A stretch of DNA of 64,000 bases from Eledone cirrhosa (taxonomy: Eukaryota): contig OZ024741.1 of assembly GCA_964016885.1 (NCBI GenBank), forward strand, positions 330,894,001 through 330,958,000. Reading direction: 5' to 3'. This document shows, piece by piece, positions 1 to 12,993 of the stretch. How positions within the stretch are numbered: the stretch's first letter is position 1; each line of letters opens with the position of its first letter. The translations under genes were made by a program, and so were the position numbers. Below the pieces are notes generated by a model, which ran no database searches, had not been told where the DNA came from, and worked only from the letters and a program-made list of their open reading frames with translations.

Positions 1-173
1 ACTACCACTTGCTGTCTGTCTTCCTATCATCATCATCATTACTTCTTTACTTCTTTACTACCACTTGCTGTCTGTCATATTTGCATTTTCTGCTTTGCAT
101 GTCTGTCTTCCTATATTAACCGCGTAAATATATCTTAAACATTTTCCATTGACTCTGTCTGCTATTATATTAT

Positions 174-358
174 GTGGATTAGCAGTATCGGTAGAGGGTC
201 GGACGCCATGCTTTACAGCATAGTTACATCCCTTTGCGGTCTGAGTTCAAATCCCGCCGAGGTTAACTTTGCCTTTCATCCTTACAGGGTCGATAAAATA
301 AAGTACCAGTAATGCACTGGGTACTTGCTGGCCTTGTGCCAAAAGTAGAAACAATTAT
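174..358 (+). mobile_element. tRNA-derived SINE with Nin/Deu-like central domain
   Basis: B-box-like GAGTTCAAATCC followed by GCCTTTCATCCTTACAGGGTCGATAAAATAAAGTACCAG; five more copies in the window. Confidence 0.75.
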
Positions 359-1134
359 ATTATTTTATTTATAATTATTATTATAATATTAACATTGATA
401 TATCATATTATTTCTATGTAATTGAGTTATAGGTATTAATATATGTCAGATATTTGAGGTACAATTTTGTAATATTTTGTAGTATTTTGTAATACTTTAT
501 GAATGTAAACTGCATACACCTCTATATATATTTATTGTCAATATTTTATGTATTTATATATATATATTTTTTCAACATAACTTTAGTTTTATATGATATT
601 TTTTTCTTACCCTTGAAAAACTTTATATACAATTTGTTGACATCAAATGATATGTATGATGTAGTTTTGTATGTTTTTTGATGTCTATATATTATATTAT
701 TATTCTATTGGTTTTTTTTTTTTTGTATAGTTTATGCACACCGTCGGGGTGATTTTTATATTATAAAGAGTATATTTATATTTAAATACTTAATAAGTGT
801 TAGTATGTGTTTGTGTAAATGTGTATATATATGGATATATATATATATACTTATATTAAGCTTTTTATTTATTATTATCCACTATATCATATTGTAATTC
901 TAACATTATATTACCATGTTGTATTTAATGTATTTGTCTTATACTCTACTTTCAACGTAGGTTTGGTTTAACATATTACTCGCTTTCTTGCCCTACAGTA
1001 TATAATTTTTACTGCACACTTTTAGCTTTAGCATGCTTTTCCTTGATATCTTTCCTAAACTTTCATGGATATGAATTCCCTATTCTTCTGAGTTTTGTTT
1101 GTTCTGGCCGTTAATGCTTCTTGTCAATTTACTT

Positions 1135-1182
1135 GCCCTGATGAGTCCTTATTAATGGGACGAAACATTGTGGGCTAATAAA
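1135..1182 (+). ncRNA. Type I hammerhead ribozyme motif (G17 variant) in a PLE-like 3' end
   Basis: GCC-CTGATGA-GTCC[ttattaatg]GGAC-GAAAC-att-GTG-GGC then AATAAA; ~150 nt tail runs into (TA)n at ~1326. Confidence 0.8.
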
Positions 1183-1325
1183 GACTTTTGATGTATTGAA
1201 GGCTTCTTTGTTTATTTTTATAATTTTTCGGCTCTGTTGTATTACATTGAGCTATATCTTATACTGTCATTTCTATAATACGACGAGTGTGTTTTACTCC
1301 AACGCACTCTAGTATTTTAATTCTT

Positions 1326-2974
<1,649 letters not shown>

Positions 2975-3060
2975 GTAGGTCCCGGGTTGAGTCGGAGATA
3001 ACCACAGTAAGTAAGGTACTCAATACATGGCAGAGTAAAAAATTTTTATTTTATAGAAGG

Positions 3061-3111
3061 AGCTTCTACAGGACTAGTACTGTTTCATTCAGATGAAATC
3101 TTCAGGAAGCT
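3061..3111 (-). ncRNA. Type I hammerhead ribozyme, intact core
   Basis: Minus strand AGCTTC-CTGAAGA-tttcatctgaat-GAAA-CAG[tactagtc]CTG-TA-GAAGCT; 6-bp stem I, GUA triplet. Confidence 0.88.
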
Positions 3112-3628
3112 GGGTGTCATATTAAGTTCTGGTATTTATACATTTAGGTAGTGGTAAGGGAGGGGTGGTGGCTGGGGGGGGGGGATTTTTTGGGGTAGGA
3201 TGGTATTTAGATACACAGGACCACAACATGGCACAGGCCGTTTTTTTCTTTGGGGGGTGGTCAATTAGCCAGAGTGCTTTTTTGAAATAAATAAATAAGT
3301 AAATAAATATATAAATGAATAAATAGATAAATGAATAAATAAATAAAGTAAATAAAAAAATAAATAAATAAATAATTTTTTTATTTACTTTCTTTATTTA
3401 TTTATTCATTTATCTATTTATTCATTTATTTATTTATTTACTTATTTATTTATTTCAAAAAAGCACTCTGGCTAATTGACCACCCCCCAAAGAAAAAACG
3501 GCCTGTGCCATGTTGTGGTCCTGTGTATCTAAATACCATCCTACCCCAAAAAATCCCCCCCGCCCCAGCCACCACCCCTCCGTTACCACTACCTAAATGT
3601 ATAAATACCAGAACTTAATATGACACCC

Positions 3629-3679
3629 AGCTTCCTGAAATTTTCATCTGAATGAAACAGTACTAGTCCTGTAGAAGCT
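3629..3679 (+). ncRNA. Mirror hammerhead copy with mutated core (CTGAAAT)
   Basis: Inverted copy of 3061-3111 with CTGAAGA changed to CTGAAAT. Confidence 0.75.
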
Positions 3680-3696
3680 CCTTCTATAAAATAAAA

Positions 3697-3738
<42 letters not shown>

Positions 3739-3740
3739 CA

Positions 3741-3935
3741 TATCAAATTATTACCATAGAACCACCTTAGATCATAGACACACTATATATTTCCGGGGGT
3801 ACATTGTACCCTCAGATATATATTAATATATATCTGAGGGTACAATATATTAATATATATCTGAGGGTACAATGTACCCCCGGAAATATATAGTATGTCT
3901 ATGATTTAAGGTGGTTCTATGGTAATAATTTGATA
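3741..3935. repeat. ~85 bp-arm palindrome copied from the 5' end of the 4452 element
   Basis: tatcaaattattaccatagaacc...ggttctatggtaataatttgata; the left arm matches 4452-4538. Confidence 0.9.
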
Positions 3936-3954
3936 TATATATATATATACATAT

Positions 3955-4428
3955 ACAATTAAGTTAAAACGTTGAACCGGTACGTACTCACACTCTATGC
4001 AAATTAGTCTGCCCACTACTAATTTTCATAGAAAAAGCATATAACGATATGTGTTTTTACGATTCTCCAGAAAGGCCGGTAGATAGGTAAATATTGCTGA
4101 TGAGTTGTAACAACAACGAAACTAGTTCAATATTCCTTGTCTGGCTTTCTGTAGAATAGAGGAAAGGTGTTTCCTCAAAAACCAGTATGACTCTAAAAAC
4201 CGGTTTGTCTGTGTGTTTACATACAGAATAGCTGGCCACTCACAGTAAAGTGACCAGTGAAAGACTTGGTACATCTACATATGTATACGTGTGTGTATTC
4301 ATATGCATACTAGTATTTCAGTATACATATGTGGATGTACATTTTTAACTTAATTGTTTAAGCGTCAGTCATACAAAAGTGAGTTACAAACGAAACGAAA
4401 TTTAATTTCGTTTCGTTATTTGTTTTTA
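3955..4428 (+). mobile_element. Short non-coding HHR-bearing element in (TA)n
   Basis: TA on both sides; 15-bp inverted repeat ACAATTAAGTTAAAA (3955-3969 / 4343-4357); HHR at 4090; terminal hairpin ACGAAACGAAATTTAATTTCGTTTCGT. Confidence 0.7.
4090..4134 (+). ncRNA. Minimal type I hammerhead ribozyme, perfect consensus
   Basis: AATATTG-CTGATGA-GTTG[taacaa]CAAC-GAAAC-TA-GTT-CAATATT; 7-bp stem I, palindromic AACTAGTT stem III. Confidence 0.92.
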
Positions 4429-4451
4429 TATACATATATATATATATATAC

Positions 4452-4961
4452 ATATCAAATTATTACCATAGAACCACCTTAAATCATAGACACACTATAT
4501 ATTTCCGGGGGTACATTGTACCCTCAGATATATATTAACCTTATTCAATAATCTCCAGTATGTAGAGATAAATCTTTGTCGTTCTATTTAGTTACTAAAA
4601 ATTTTTTTAGTGGCGATTATAGACGGCTAGTCTACGATTTCCCGCCTTCACTATACACCAATGCATTTACGGGTCACTTTCACGACCTTTTAGACCTGTA
4701 TTAGTTGGAGTGAGGTCATATATTTTGTCGTTCCTGGGGTTTTTAACCCTAGGACAGGAAAATGCTTCTCTGATGATCGTTGCTTTTCCATTAATATCCT
4801 CGTGATATTTAATGTTTTGCACCGTGAAACTGTACAGTTAGGGCCATTTGAATAGGTAAATATTTCTATTATATTTTTTAATTTTGATTAATTTTAATTG
4901 TATATTAATTTTGATTTATTTTGAAAAATTGGTTGAATTTTACTTGTTCTGCTTATCTTGA
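4452..4961 (+). mobile_element. PLE pLTR-like element in (TA)n
   Basis: TA-flanked; carries an HHR at 4760 and an AT-rich tail. Confidence 0.7.
4760..4849 (+). ncRNA. Type I hammerhead ribozyme with extended stem II (49 nt)
   Basis: AAATGCTTCT-CTGATGA-tcgttgc...gcaccgt-GAAAC-TGTACA-GTT-AGGGCCATTT; palindromic AACTGTACAGTT. Confidence 0.82.
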
Positions 4962-4974
4962 TATATATATATAC

Positions 4975-5272
<298 letters not shown>

Positions 5273-5306
5273 GTATATATATATATGTATATATATATGT
5301 ATATAT

Positions 5307-5370
<64 letters not shown>

Positions 5371-5967
5371 TCATCATCTTCGTTTAACGTCCATTTTCCA
5401 CGCTAGCATGGGTTAGACGTGAGTTGTCCCACTTGAGGGGCAAGGCTGGTCGGGTGACCGTGTCTCGCCCATATAGGACTATCTGGCAGGTTTTCTACGG
5501 CTGGATGCCCTTCCTAACACCAACCACATTTACAGTGTGGAACTGGGAACTTTTTTACCGTGTTACCTACACGGCCGCATTACAGCGTGGACTGTGTTTT
5601 TTTTTGTCGTGACATCTACACGAACTCGATCTCCTTTTCTCCTGCTGTTGGTGGGAGTGGGAGGATATGTAGGGGTAGTGGATTGGGGTGAATATTTGGT
5701 TAAGAGTTGCCTACTGACTGTAGGTTTCGCTTTGTACATAGGCAAGGCGGGTCTTCTGTATTACTGCGTAGCGCCAAAGATCTTAGAGAGATGTAAGTGT
5801 GTGAGGTCGGAATTTATCAGATAATCCCAGGTTTTTCTGGGTCTACCTATTCCGTAACTACCATCAGTTTTGATCGCCCTGCACTTTTTATGCAGCTGTC
5901 GTCTTTCATGCGCATCACGTGACTATACCAACGTAGTCTTCTCGCAAGTAAACAGCATCTGATCCCT

Positions 5968-6424
5968 TTTAGGAGATTAGTATCGTTGTACATATAAAAT
6001 TATTACAAAACACAGTAAATGCCGGTGTGTGTTCTGATAATGTTTTTACTTCATAGAAGTCAAAGGTATTAAATATAAATGAATCGTTACCCGATGGTCA
6101 CAACTCTAGGCTGAAGTGTGTAGAGAAAAGGGGAGATCTTTTCTAGCTGGTGTTAACATCTTCATAGGCTCTTAAGCTGCCGGTTGCATTCTTCTTGGTG
6201 GCGAAGGATTATGAGAAATGAATCATCTCATGCTCAGGTCGCAGGTGTTACCACTTCGGAAATCAGGAGTCGAGAGAAAGAATCTTCAAATCTTGTTCCT
6301 TTTATAGGGTCTGACCGGAAGTGACCAACAGGAAGTCTCACCCCAAATGGAAGCAACTCCAGCAACTTCTTGTCTAGAGAGCGGTGATGAGATTGTCATG
6401 ACAAGGGAGGCAACTCCTGCTACA
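5968..6424 (-). mobile_element. Probable solo LTR (457 bp) inserted in the RTE
   Basis: Absent from the paralogous RTE at 9940-9990; ends TTTAGGAG...CTCCTGCTACA (TG..CA-like); 4-bp TSD ccct/ctct; TATA-like CCTATAAAAGG on minus near 6298-6308. Confidence 0.6.
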
Positions 6425-6439
6425 CTCTCTTATTCCTAA

Positions 6440-8607
6440 TTTCTCACTAAGTTCATTTATGCTTTGCCGTTCACGTATATTACTATTACACATCTAACGG
6501 AGCATGCATGCTTCGTTCCTCTCCAGTCTACGAAGGTCCTCTGCACGTAATGCCCATGTCTCATTGCCATGTAGCATTGCTGTTCGTATACAGGCATCAT
6601 ACAATCTGCCTTTCATTTTTAGAGAGAAACCTTTTGTGGCCAACAGCGGTATAAGCTCTCTGAACTTTTTCCATCCAGTTCTGACTCTAGCTACTGTACT
6701 TTCAGAACACCCTCCACCACTGCTGATTTCGTCACCCAGGTAACGGAAAGTGTCTACTATTTCTATAGAACCATCTGGGCAATGGAAGGAGCTAGTATCC
6801 TTTGGACACTTCCTACTTATTGCACCTAAGCATTGGCCACATATAAAGTCTACGTTCTTAGATAGTTTACCTGTGATCCCACTACATCTTTAGGTACCCA
6901 TACTTGGCATTTGGGACATAAAATGGAATTTCTGCCTATTCCTTTCCTACACACTGAGCATGGCCATTTCCCTGAGGGCACCTGCGTCCTATTTTCCTTT
7001 CTACAAACTAGAACTTTAGTCTGAGACAAGTTAACTTTAAGGCTTTTTGATTCTAGGCCATGCTTCCATGTTTCGAATTTCTTCTCTAGTTCAATCATTG
7101 ATTCAGCTATGAGCGTTAGATCATCTGCGTATAGGAGTTCCCATGGGCAGCCGGTCTTGAACTCCTCTGTTATAGCCTGAAGGGCAATAATAAATAAGAA
7201 GTGGCTAAGGACAGAGCCTTGATGAACGCCAACTTTTACACTAAATTCTTCACAATATTCATTGTTAATTCTAACCTTACTGACTGTTTCTTTATACATA
7301 GCTTGTATAGCTCTCACAAGCCATTAATCTACACCTAGTTTTCTAAGAGCCCACCAGATAATGGAGCGGGAGACTCTGTCAAAAGCTTTCTCCAGGTCTA
7401 CAAAAGCTAAGTAGAGGGGTTTACTTTTAGCTAGGTACTTCTCTTGTAGTTGTCGTACAAGGAAAAGGGCGTCTGTGGTACTTTTACCTGACACAAACCC
7501 AAACTGCATTTCATCTAGATCAATTCGCTCTCTGATTAGTTGCGCTATAACTCTTTCTGTGACCTTCATGACCTGGTCAACTAACTTAATACCTCTATAG
7601 TTTCTCCTATCTAGAGCATCCCCTTTACCCTTGTAGCAGTTAATGATGATGCTGCTACGCCAGTCTTTCGGTATGACCCCATTCTATATTACTTGGTTAA
7701 CTATACGGGTGACTATAGTGTGTCCCACCATACCAGATGCCTTCAACATCTCAGCAACTATCTCCGAAGGCCCAGCTGCCCTGCCTGTCTTCATATCTTT
7801 GATTGCCTTACTTATTATACTACCTTTAACTTGCATCGCTGGTCCTTCTATCGGATCGATTTGGGGCAGACTATCTATTTCCCATTTATTCTCCTCATTT
7901 AATAGTCTCTCGTAGTGACACTTCCAGGCTATCTTCTTATCAGAATCAGTGAGCGCAAGTACACCATTATCATTACGGATACACTTCTCCCCGACAATAT
8001 CACGGTTTTCCTTGACACATTGTCTAGCAATCCTGAACACCTCACGTTTTTGGTCCTCATGTTGCAGAACATGCTTGAACTTTCTTTCCTCTGCTACCCT
8101 TTTTGCAAGGTACACTTGTCTCCTAGCTTCTCTCCTGGCCACTTGATAGTGCTCTCTACTTCCCCCATCCTGCCATACTTTCCAAGCCTGCTTTTTGGCC
8201 TTGGTTGTCTCTTCCACCTTACTGTTCCACCACCAAGTTACTCTCCTCCTGCCACAGATTTCATCCGTTGCTTTCAGCAGGTTCACTTTCAAGAATTGCC
8301 ACTGTTCCTCTATATTGCACGTCTCTAATTGCCCTTCCTTATTGTCAAAGGCATCAAGTAATAAGCTTTTAAATTTGTCACTGGCTATGGGGTCCTTCAA
8401 CTTCCATAATCTTCTCCTCAAGGTAGGCCTCCTCTGTCGTCGAGTACGTGTATTCCTGACTATGAGGTCACTAACTACTAGGCTATGTTGGGAGGTGCAT
8501 TCTTCACGGGGGAGGGATTTAGTGTTTACAACAGACATTTTGTCCCGTCTTCTAGTAATGATATAATCTATCTGGCTGGCGTGTTTCCCTGATCTATAGG
8601 TGATCAA
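6440..8607 (-). pseudogene. RTE reverse transcriptase and Cys-rich finger region (fragmented)
   Basis: ORFs 7684-8607, 7324-7569 and 6850-7317 with RT motifs and CSVC...CPKC. Confidence 0.9.
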
Positions 8608-8667
8608 GTGGTTTTCACGTTTTTTGAAGTTTGTGTTACAGATAGTTAGGCTATTTGCGTCACAGAA

Positions 8668-9390
8668 TTACAGGATTCTGAAGCCCTCCTCATTTCTATT
8701 TCCAACCCCATAGCCTCCATGGATTCCATCATAGCCATCACTATGTTGTCTAACGTGACCGTTTAGATCGCCAGCAATAATTAAGTAGTCACTGTCGGTT
8801 ATTTGGGAGGTAGTGTGCATTAGCATCTCATAGAACCTGTCCTTTATAACATCAGGTAGACCAGATTGGGGTGCATAAGCAGATATTATTGTCACAGTAG
8901 TTCTATTTAGAATTAGTCTTAATTCAATTATTTTGTCAATCACTCTATTTACGTCAATTACCTTATCTACCCATTTTTCAGCTAACATAATTCCTACACC
9001 ACCCTGTCCATTGTCATTTCCCACCCAGAAAAGTTTATAGCATCGTTTTTTACCTACGATGAATCTGGCAGACCCCCCCCCCCCTCTCCACCTAGTCTCT
9101 TGAATACAACAAACATCGACTTCATTACGTTCAAGCATCTCTACAACCACATTTGAGCGACCTTTTAATGTGCCTACGTTCATGGTACCAACTCTGAAGT
9201 TGGGAGGGTGGGATGGATGGGTTAGAGGGGCAGGGAGGGGTGTAGGAGACGAGATTTTGTTGGTCATCTGTGTCTGAAATAAAGAGGGGTCCTTGTATTC
9301 TCGTCCTGCAGCAGGAGGTGAATTTATCTTTATCTGTGACATTGTCATTGAGTGCTTAGACTTTTCAAATTTCCGCAGTCCACCCATCAA
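8668..9390 (-). pseudogene. RTE AP-endonuclease domain
   Basis: ORF track 240 aa with APE motifs; ends at a premature stop. Confidence 0.9.
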
Positions 9391-9874
9391 ACAGGTCTAA
9401 ACTTAAGGAGTAGTAACCGGGGTGGTAGCTTTGCTATACTGATTTGTTAGAGAACTTACTAAAGTCGCTGAGTTATGATTGGACCGTATAGCAATGGACG
9501 TGTGTGGGGGTGGAAGGGCGGGAAATAGGTGACTTTAGGAGAAGTTTAGTTTTTAGGAAAGATCCAACAGATTTAGACATATTAAAAACATAATAATTTA
9601 AAATCAGAGAGGAAAACGGAGAATTTGAATTTTAGAGTGGTATAAATAAGATTATAAAAACACTGCTTAATTGAGAAGACTACGGAAATAAAAAAAAGAC
9701 AGATTTTGCTTACATTCTCAAAATCGACAGTTCGCCCTTAAGATAGATTAGATAGATAAATTCTGTCGTTGGAAGCCAGCAAGATTTATTTTATACTTGC
9801 GATCAGGCGGGGGGGGGGGGGGGAAGTGTTTACGAAGTTTGCGAGCGAGATGCAGGAAGGTTATATATATATAT

Positions 9875-9925
<51 letters not shown>

Positions 9926-10588
9926 AAGCATAAATGAACTAAGGGGAAAATTAGAAATAAGAGGGATCAGATGTTGTTTACTCGAGAGACGACTAGGTTG
10001 GTATGGTCACGTGATTCGCATGGAAGACGACAGCTGTATAAAACAGTGCAGGGCAATAAAAATAGACGGTAGCCACGGAGTAGGCAGACCCAGAAAAACC
10101 TGGGACGACTTGATAAATTCCGACCTCACACACTTACACCTCTCCCAGACAATGTCACTGGACCGAGATCTTTGGCGCTACACAGTAATAGAGAAGACCC
10201 GCCTTACCTAAGTACAAAGTGAAACCTACTACAGTCAGTAGGCACCTCTTACCAAAATACACCCCCGTCCCACTACAACCACCCCCTTTCGATGTAAAGT
10301 TATGTTGGTACCACAACATCCAGTCCTAAATAAATGAGGTCGTGTAGGTCTCACGACAAAAAAAACACAGTCCACGCTGTAATGTGGCCGTTTAGGTAAC
10401 ACGGTAAAAAGCTCCCAGTCCACACTGTAAACGTGGTTAGTGTTAGGAAGATCATCTAGCCGTAGAAAACCTGCCAGACAGTCCTATGCGAGCAAGACAA
10501 CCACTCTTGCCTCAAGTGGGAAAACTCCCGTCCAAACCCATGCAAGCGTGGAATATGGACGTTAAACGATGATGATGATGATGATGAT
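9926..10588 (+). mobile_element. 5'-truncated RTE LINE 3' end
   Basis: WYGHVIRM...GRPRKTW; homologous to 5368-5960; (GAT)n tail. Confidence 0.9.
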
Positions 10589-10599
10589 ATATACACATA

Positions 10600-11040
10600 T
10601 AAATTTGTAAATCAGTGGCTAGTTGAGAGAGAGTCCTATCGGTTGCCAGTTGCTAATCACTTTACCGTGTCGGTTGTCACAAACAGTCATGACTGGCATG
10701 GGCCGGTGTTTGGATTCTGTCGATCGATTGGTGATTGATTAGGCGATACCCGCTGATGAAGCCGCATAAGCCGATTGTGCATTGTTGCATAATATATGCA
10801 GACAGATGGTGTAGTGCACCTTACTGCTGCATTAGTGCAGCAGAAACTTGAGTCCGGGAACCTTATAGGCACTCGTTTTACATGTGTTGTGTTGAGGCAA
10901 GTAACTATGTGTATACTCTGGTAATGTATCTTACATTGCCCATTGAGTGCGCTGAGATGAAAAAAATTGAGCCACATCGTGAATGGTTGCCAAAACACAT
11001 ATATATCTGTGACTTTGTTTAATTGGTGTATGTGTAAATA
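10600..11040 (+). mobile_element. Unclassified dispersed repeat (second copy ~27388-27600)
   Basis: CGATCGATTGGTGATTGATTAGGCGATACCCGCTGATGAAGCC... shared with 27388-27600. Confidence 0.6.
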
Positions 11041-11051
11041 TTTATATTTAT

Positions 11052-11133
<82 letters not shown>

Positions 11134-11138
11134 ATATA

Positions 11139-11189
<51 letters not shown>

Positions 11190-11194
11190 ATATA

Positions 11195-11363
<169 letters not shown>

Positions 11364-11364
11364 A

Positions 11365-11443
<79 letters not shown>

Positions 11444-11448
11444 ATATA

Positions 11449-11491
<43 letters not shown>

Positions 11492-11494
<3 letters not shown>

Positions 11495-11971
11495 TTTTGA
11501 GTTTATGTTGGTTGTATACCAACACCTCAGTATGCAGGCTGGAGCACTCGACGAAGTGCGCAGGTTGGTTTGGTTACTCCGGAGTAGTGTAAAATAAAGT
11601 TAAATGAAAGTCAAATGATTAAAATTTAGCTTCGTTTATTACTGCCATATATATCTCAGCGACAGCCATCTTTGGCTGTGACCTCCTCAGGCAGTCTGAA
11701 CTAGTATGGTATAGACAAGCACACATGTTGTCTAGGTGTATGATATTGTCAATACTCCGACATGCCCAGTTCCCCGTTGGGTTGCCAATTCACTGGGCAT
11801 GTCGGAGTATTGACAATATCATACACCTAGACAACATGTGTGCTTGTCTATACCATACTAGTTCAGACTGCCTGAGGAGGTCACAGCCAAAGATGGCTGT
11901 CGCTGAGATATATATGGCAGTAATAAACGAAGCTAAATTTTAATCATTTGACTTTCATTTAACTTTATTTT

Positions 11972-11972
<1 letters not shown>
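11492..11972 (-). mobile_element. Fold-back pLTR-like element in (TA)n
   Basis: 181-bp arms 11590-11770 / 11792-11972 with a 21-nt spacer; unpaired tail 11492-11589. Confidence 0.85.
11867..11927 (+). ncRNA. Degenerate hammerhead (GAGA for GAAA, G17); mirror copy at 11641-11695 on minus
   Basis: ACTGC-CTGAGGA-ggtcACAGCCA[aaga]TGGCTGTcgct-GAGA-tatatatg-GCAGT-AATAAA. Confidence 0.65.
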
Positions 11973-12005
<33 letters not shown>

Positions 12006-12037
12006 ATACACATATATATATATATATATACACATAT

Positions 12038-12220
<183 letters not shown>

Positions 12221-12418
12221 GATAAATCTACCAAGAGTTTACGGTAGTGTCCAATCCGTATGAAGAACTCAATGTATTCCGGATATCATGGAAAGAAGAG
12301 ATGCAATGAAAAATCACTTTCGGTGAAAGATAAACGGAATACAGAGTCAAGATAAAATATTAAAAAAATAATGAATAAAACAATGAAACAGTTCCTTATA
12401 TTAAACAAAAAAAGTTCA

Positions 12419-12565
12419 TTATTTAACGATCGTTTCTAGGATATATATGTGTTAGAATTGGCATGCATATTCAACAGATCTATGTACAAAATTATACAAA
12501 ATTATACAAACTATCAAGATTAAATATACATACCAAACACACATATATGCCGTCTTCAGAAATAA
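12419..12565 (-). ncRNA. Type I hammerhead with 116-nt stem II, in the PLE 3' pLTR
   Basis: Minus strand TTATTT-CTGAAGA-cggcatatatgtgtgtt...aacacatatatatccta-GAAAC-GATC-GTT-AAATAA. Confidence 0.8.
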
Positions 12566-12993
12566 AGATTCTGAAATCGTGTGTTGAAACCGATATTGTT
12601 ATACTTTGGGAGGGTCATGTTGCCAATAAGAAACATACGCACCAGTTGCTTTCACTTCAATTTATTATAATAAATTCATAATAAATTTATAAATTTATAA
12701 ATTTCTGGTTGGTTGGTTGGTTCCACAACCAGATAGTTGTTTATATATTGTCATAGTTCTTTCGTCACACACTCTGTGACCTCTTCAGTGACTGGGGATT
12801 TCTTTCTTTGTTTCTGTGCCTCTCCTTTGTTCTGTCCTACGCTATTTTGTTTCTGTGTGTGTGTTGTGCGCTCAGTCTGCGCATGCGCCACATCCGGGTG
12901 TCTGTGTGTGTTTATGTTCATTTATTTATTTGTTTATTTACATGTTACTGGTTGGTTGTTTGTTCTATGTGTGTGTGTGTTTTCATTTTGTCC

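Larger units (their letters stand above)
2974..3699 (-). mobile_element. Fold-back PLE pLTR-like / retrozyme-like element in (TA)n
   Basis: ~320 bp near-perfect inverted arms 3043-3361 / 3375-3697 plus unpaired tail 2974-3042; an HHR in each arm. Confidence 0.8.
5368..9861 (-). mobile_element. Near full-length RTE-clade LINE (decayed), TA-flanked
   Basis: APE motifs (NVGTLKG, CIQETRW, SAYAPQ, GDLNGH, QIDYI), RT motifs (FVDLEKAFD, GVHQGSVLS, YADD), (GAT)n tail at 5368; stops and frameshifts. Confidence 0.95.

Noticed and set aside
3955-4357. MITE interpretation from the 15-bp inverted repeat
   Set aside because: The element continues ~70 nt past the right repeat, matching the PLE inverted-end-plus-tail pattern rather than terminal TIRs
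6322-6336. 15-mer TGACCAACAGGAAGT shared with 56057-56071
   Set aside because: About one such match is expected by chance in this much unique sequence, and the flanks are unrelated
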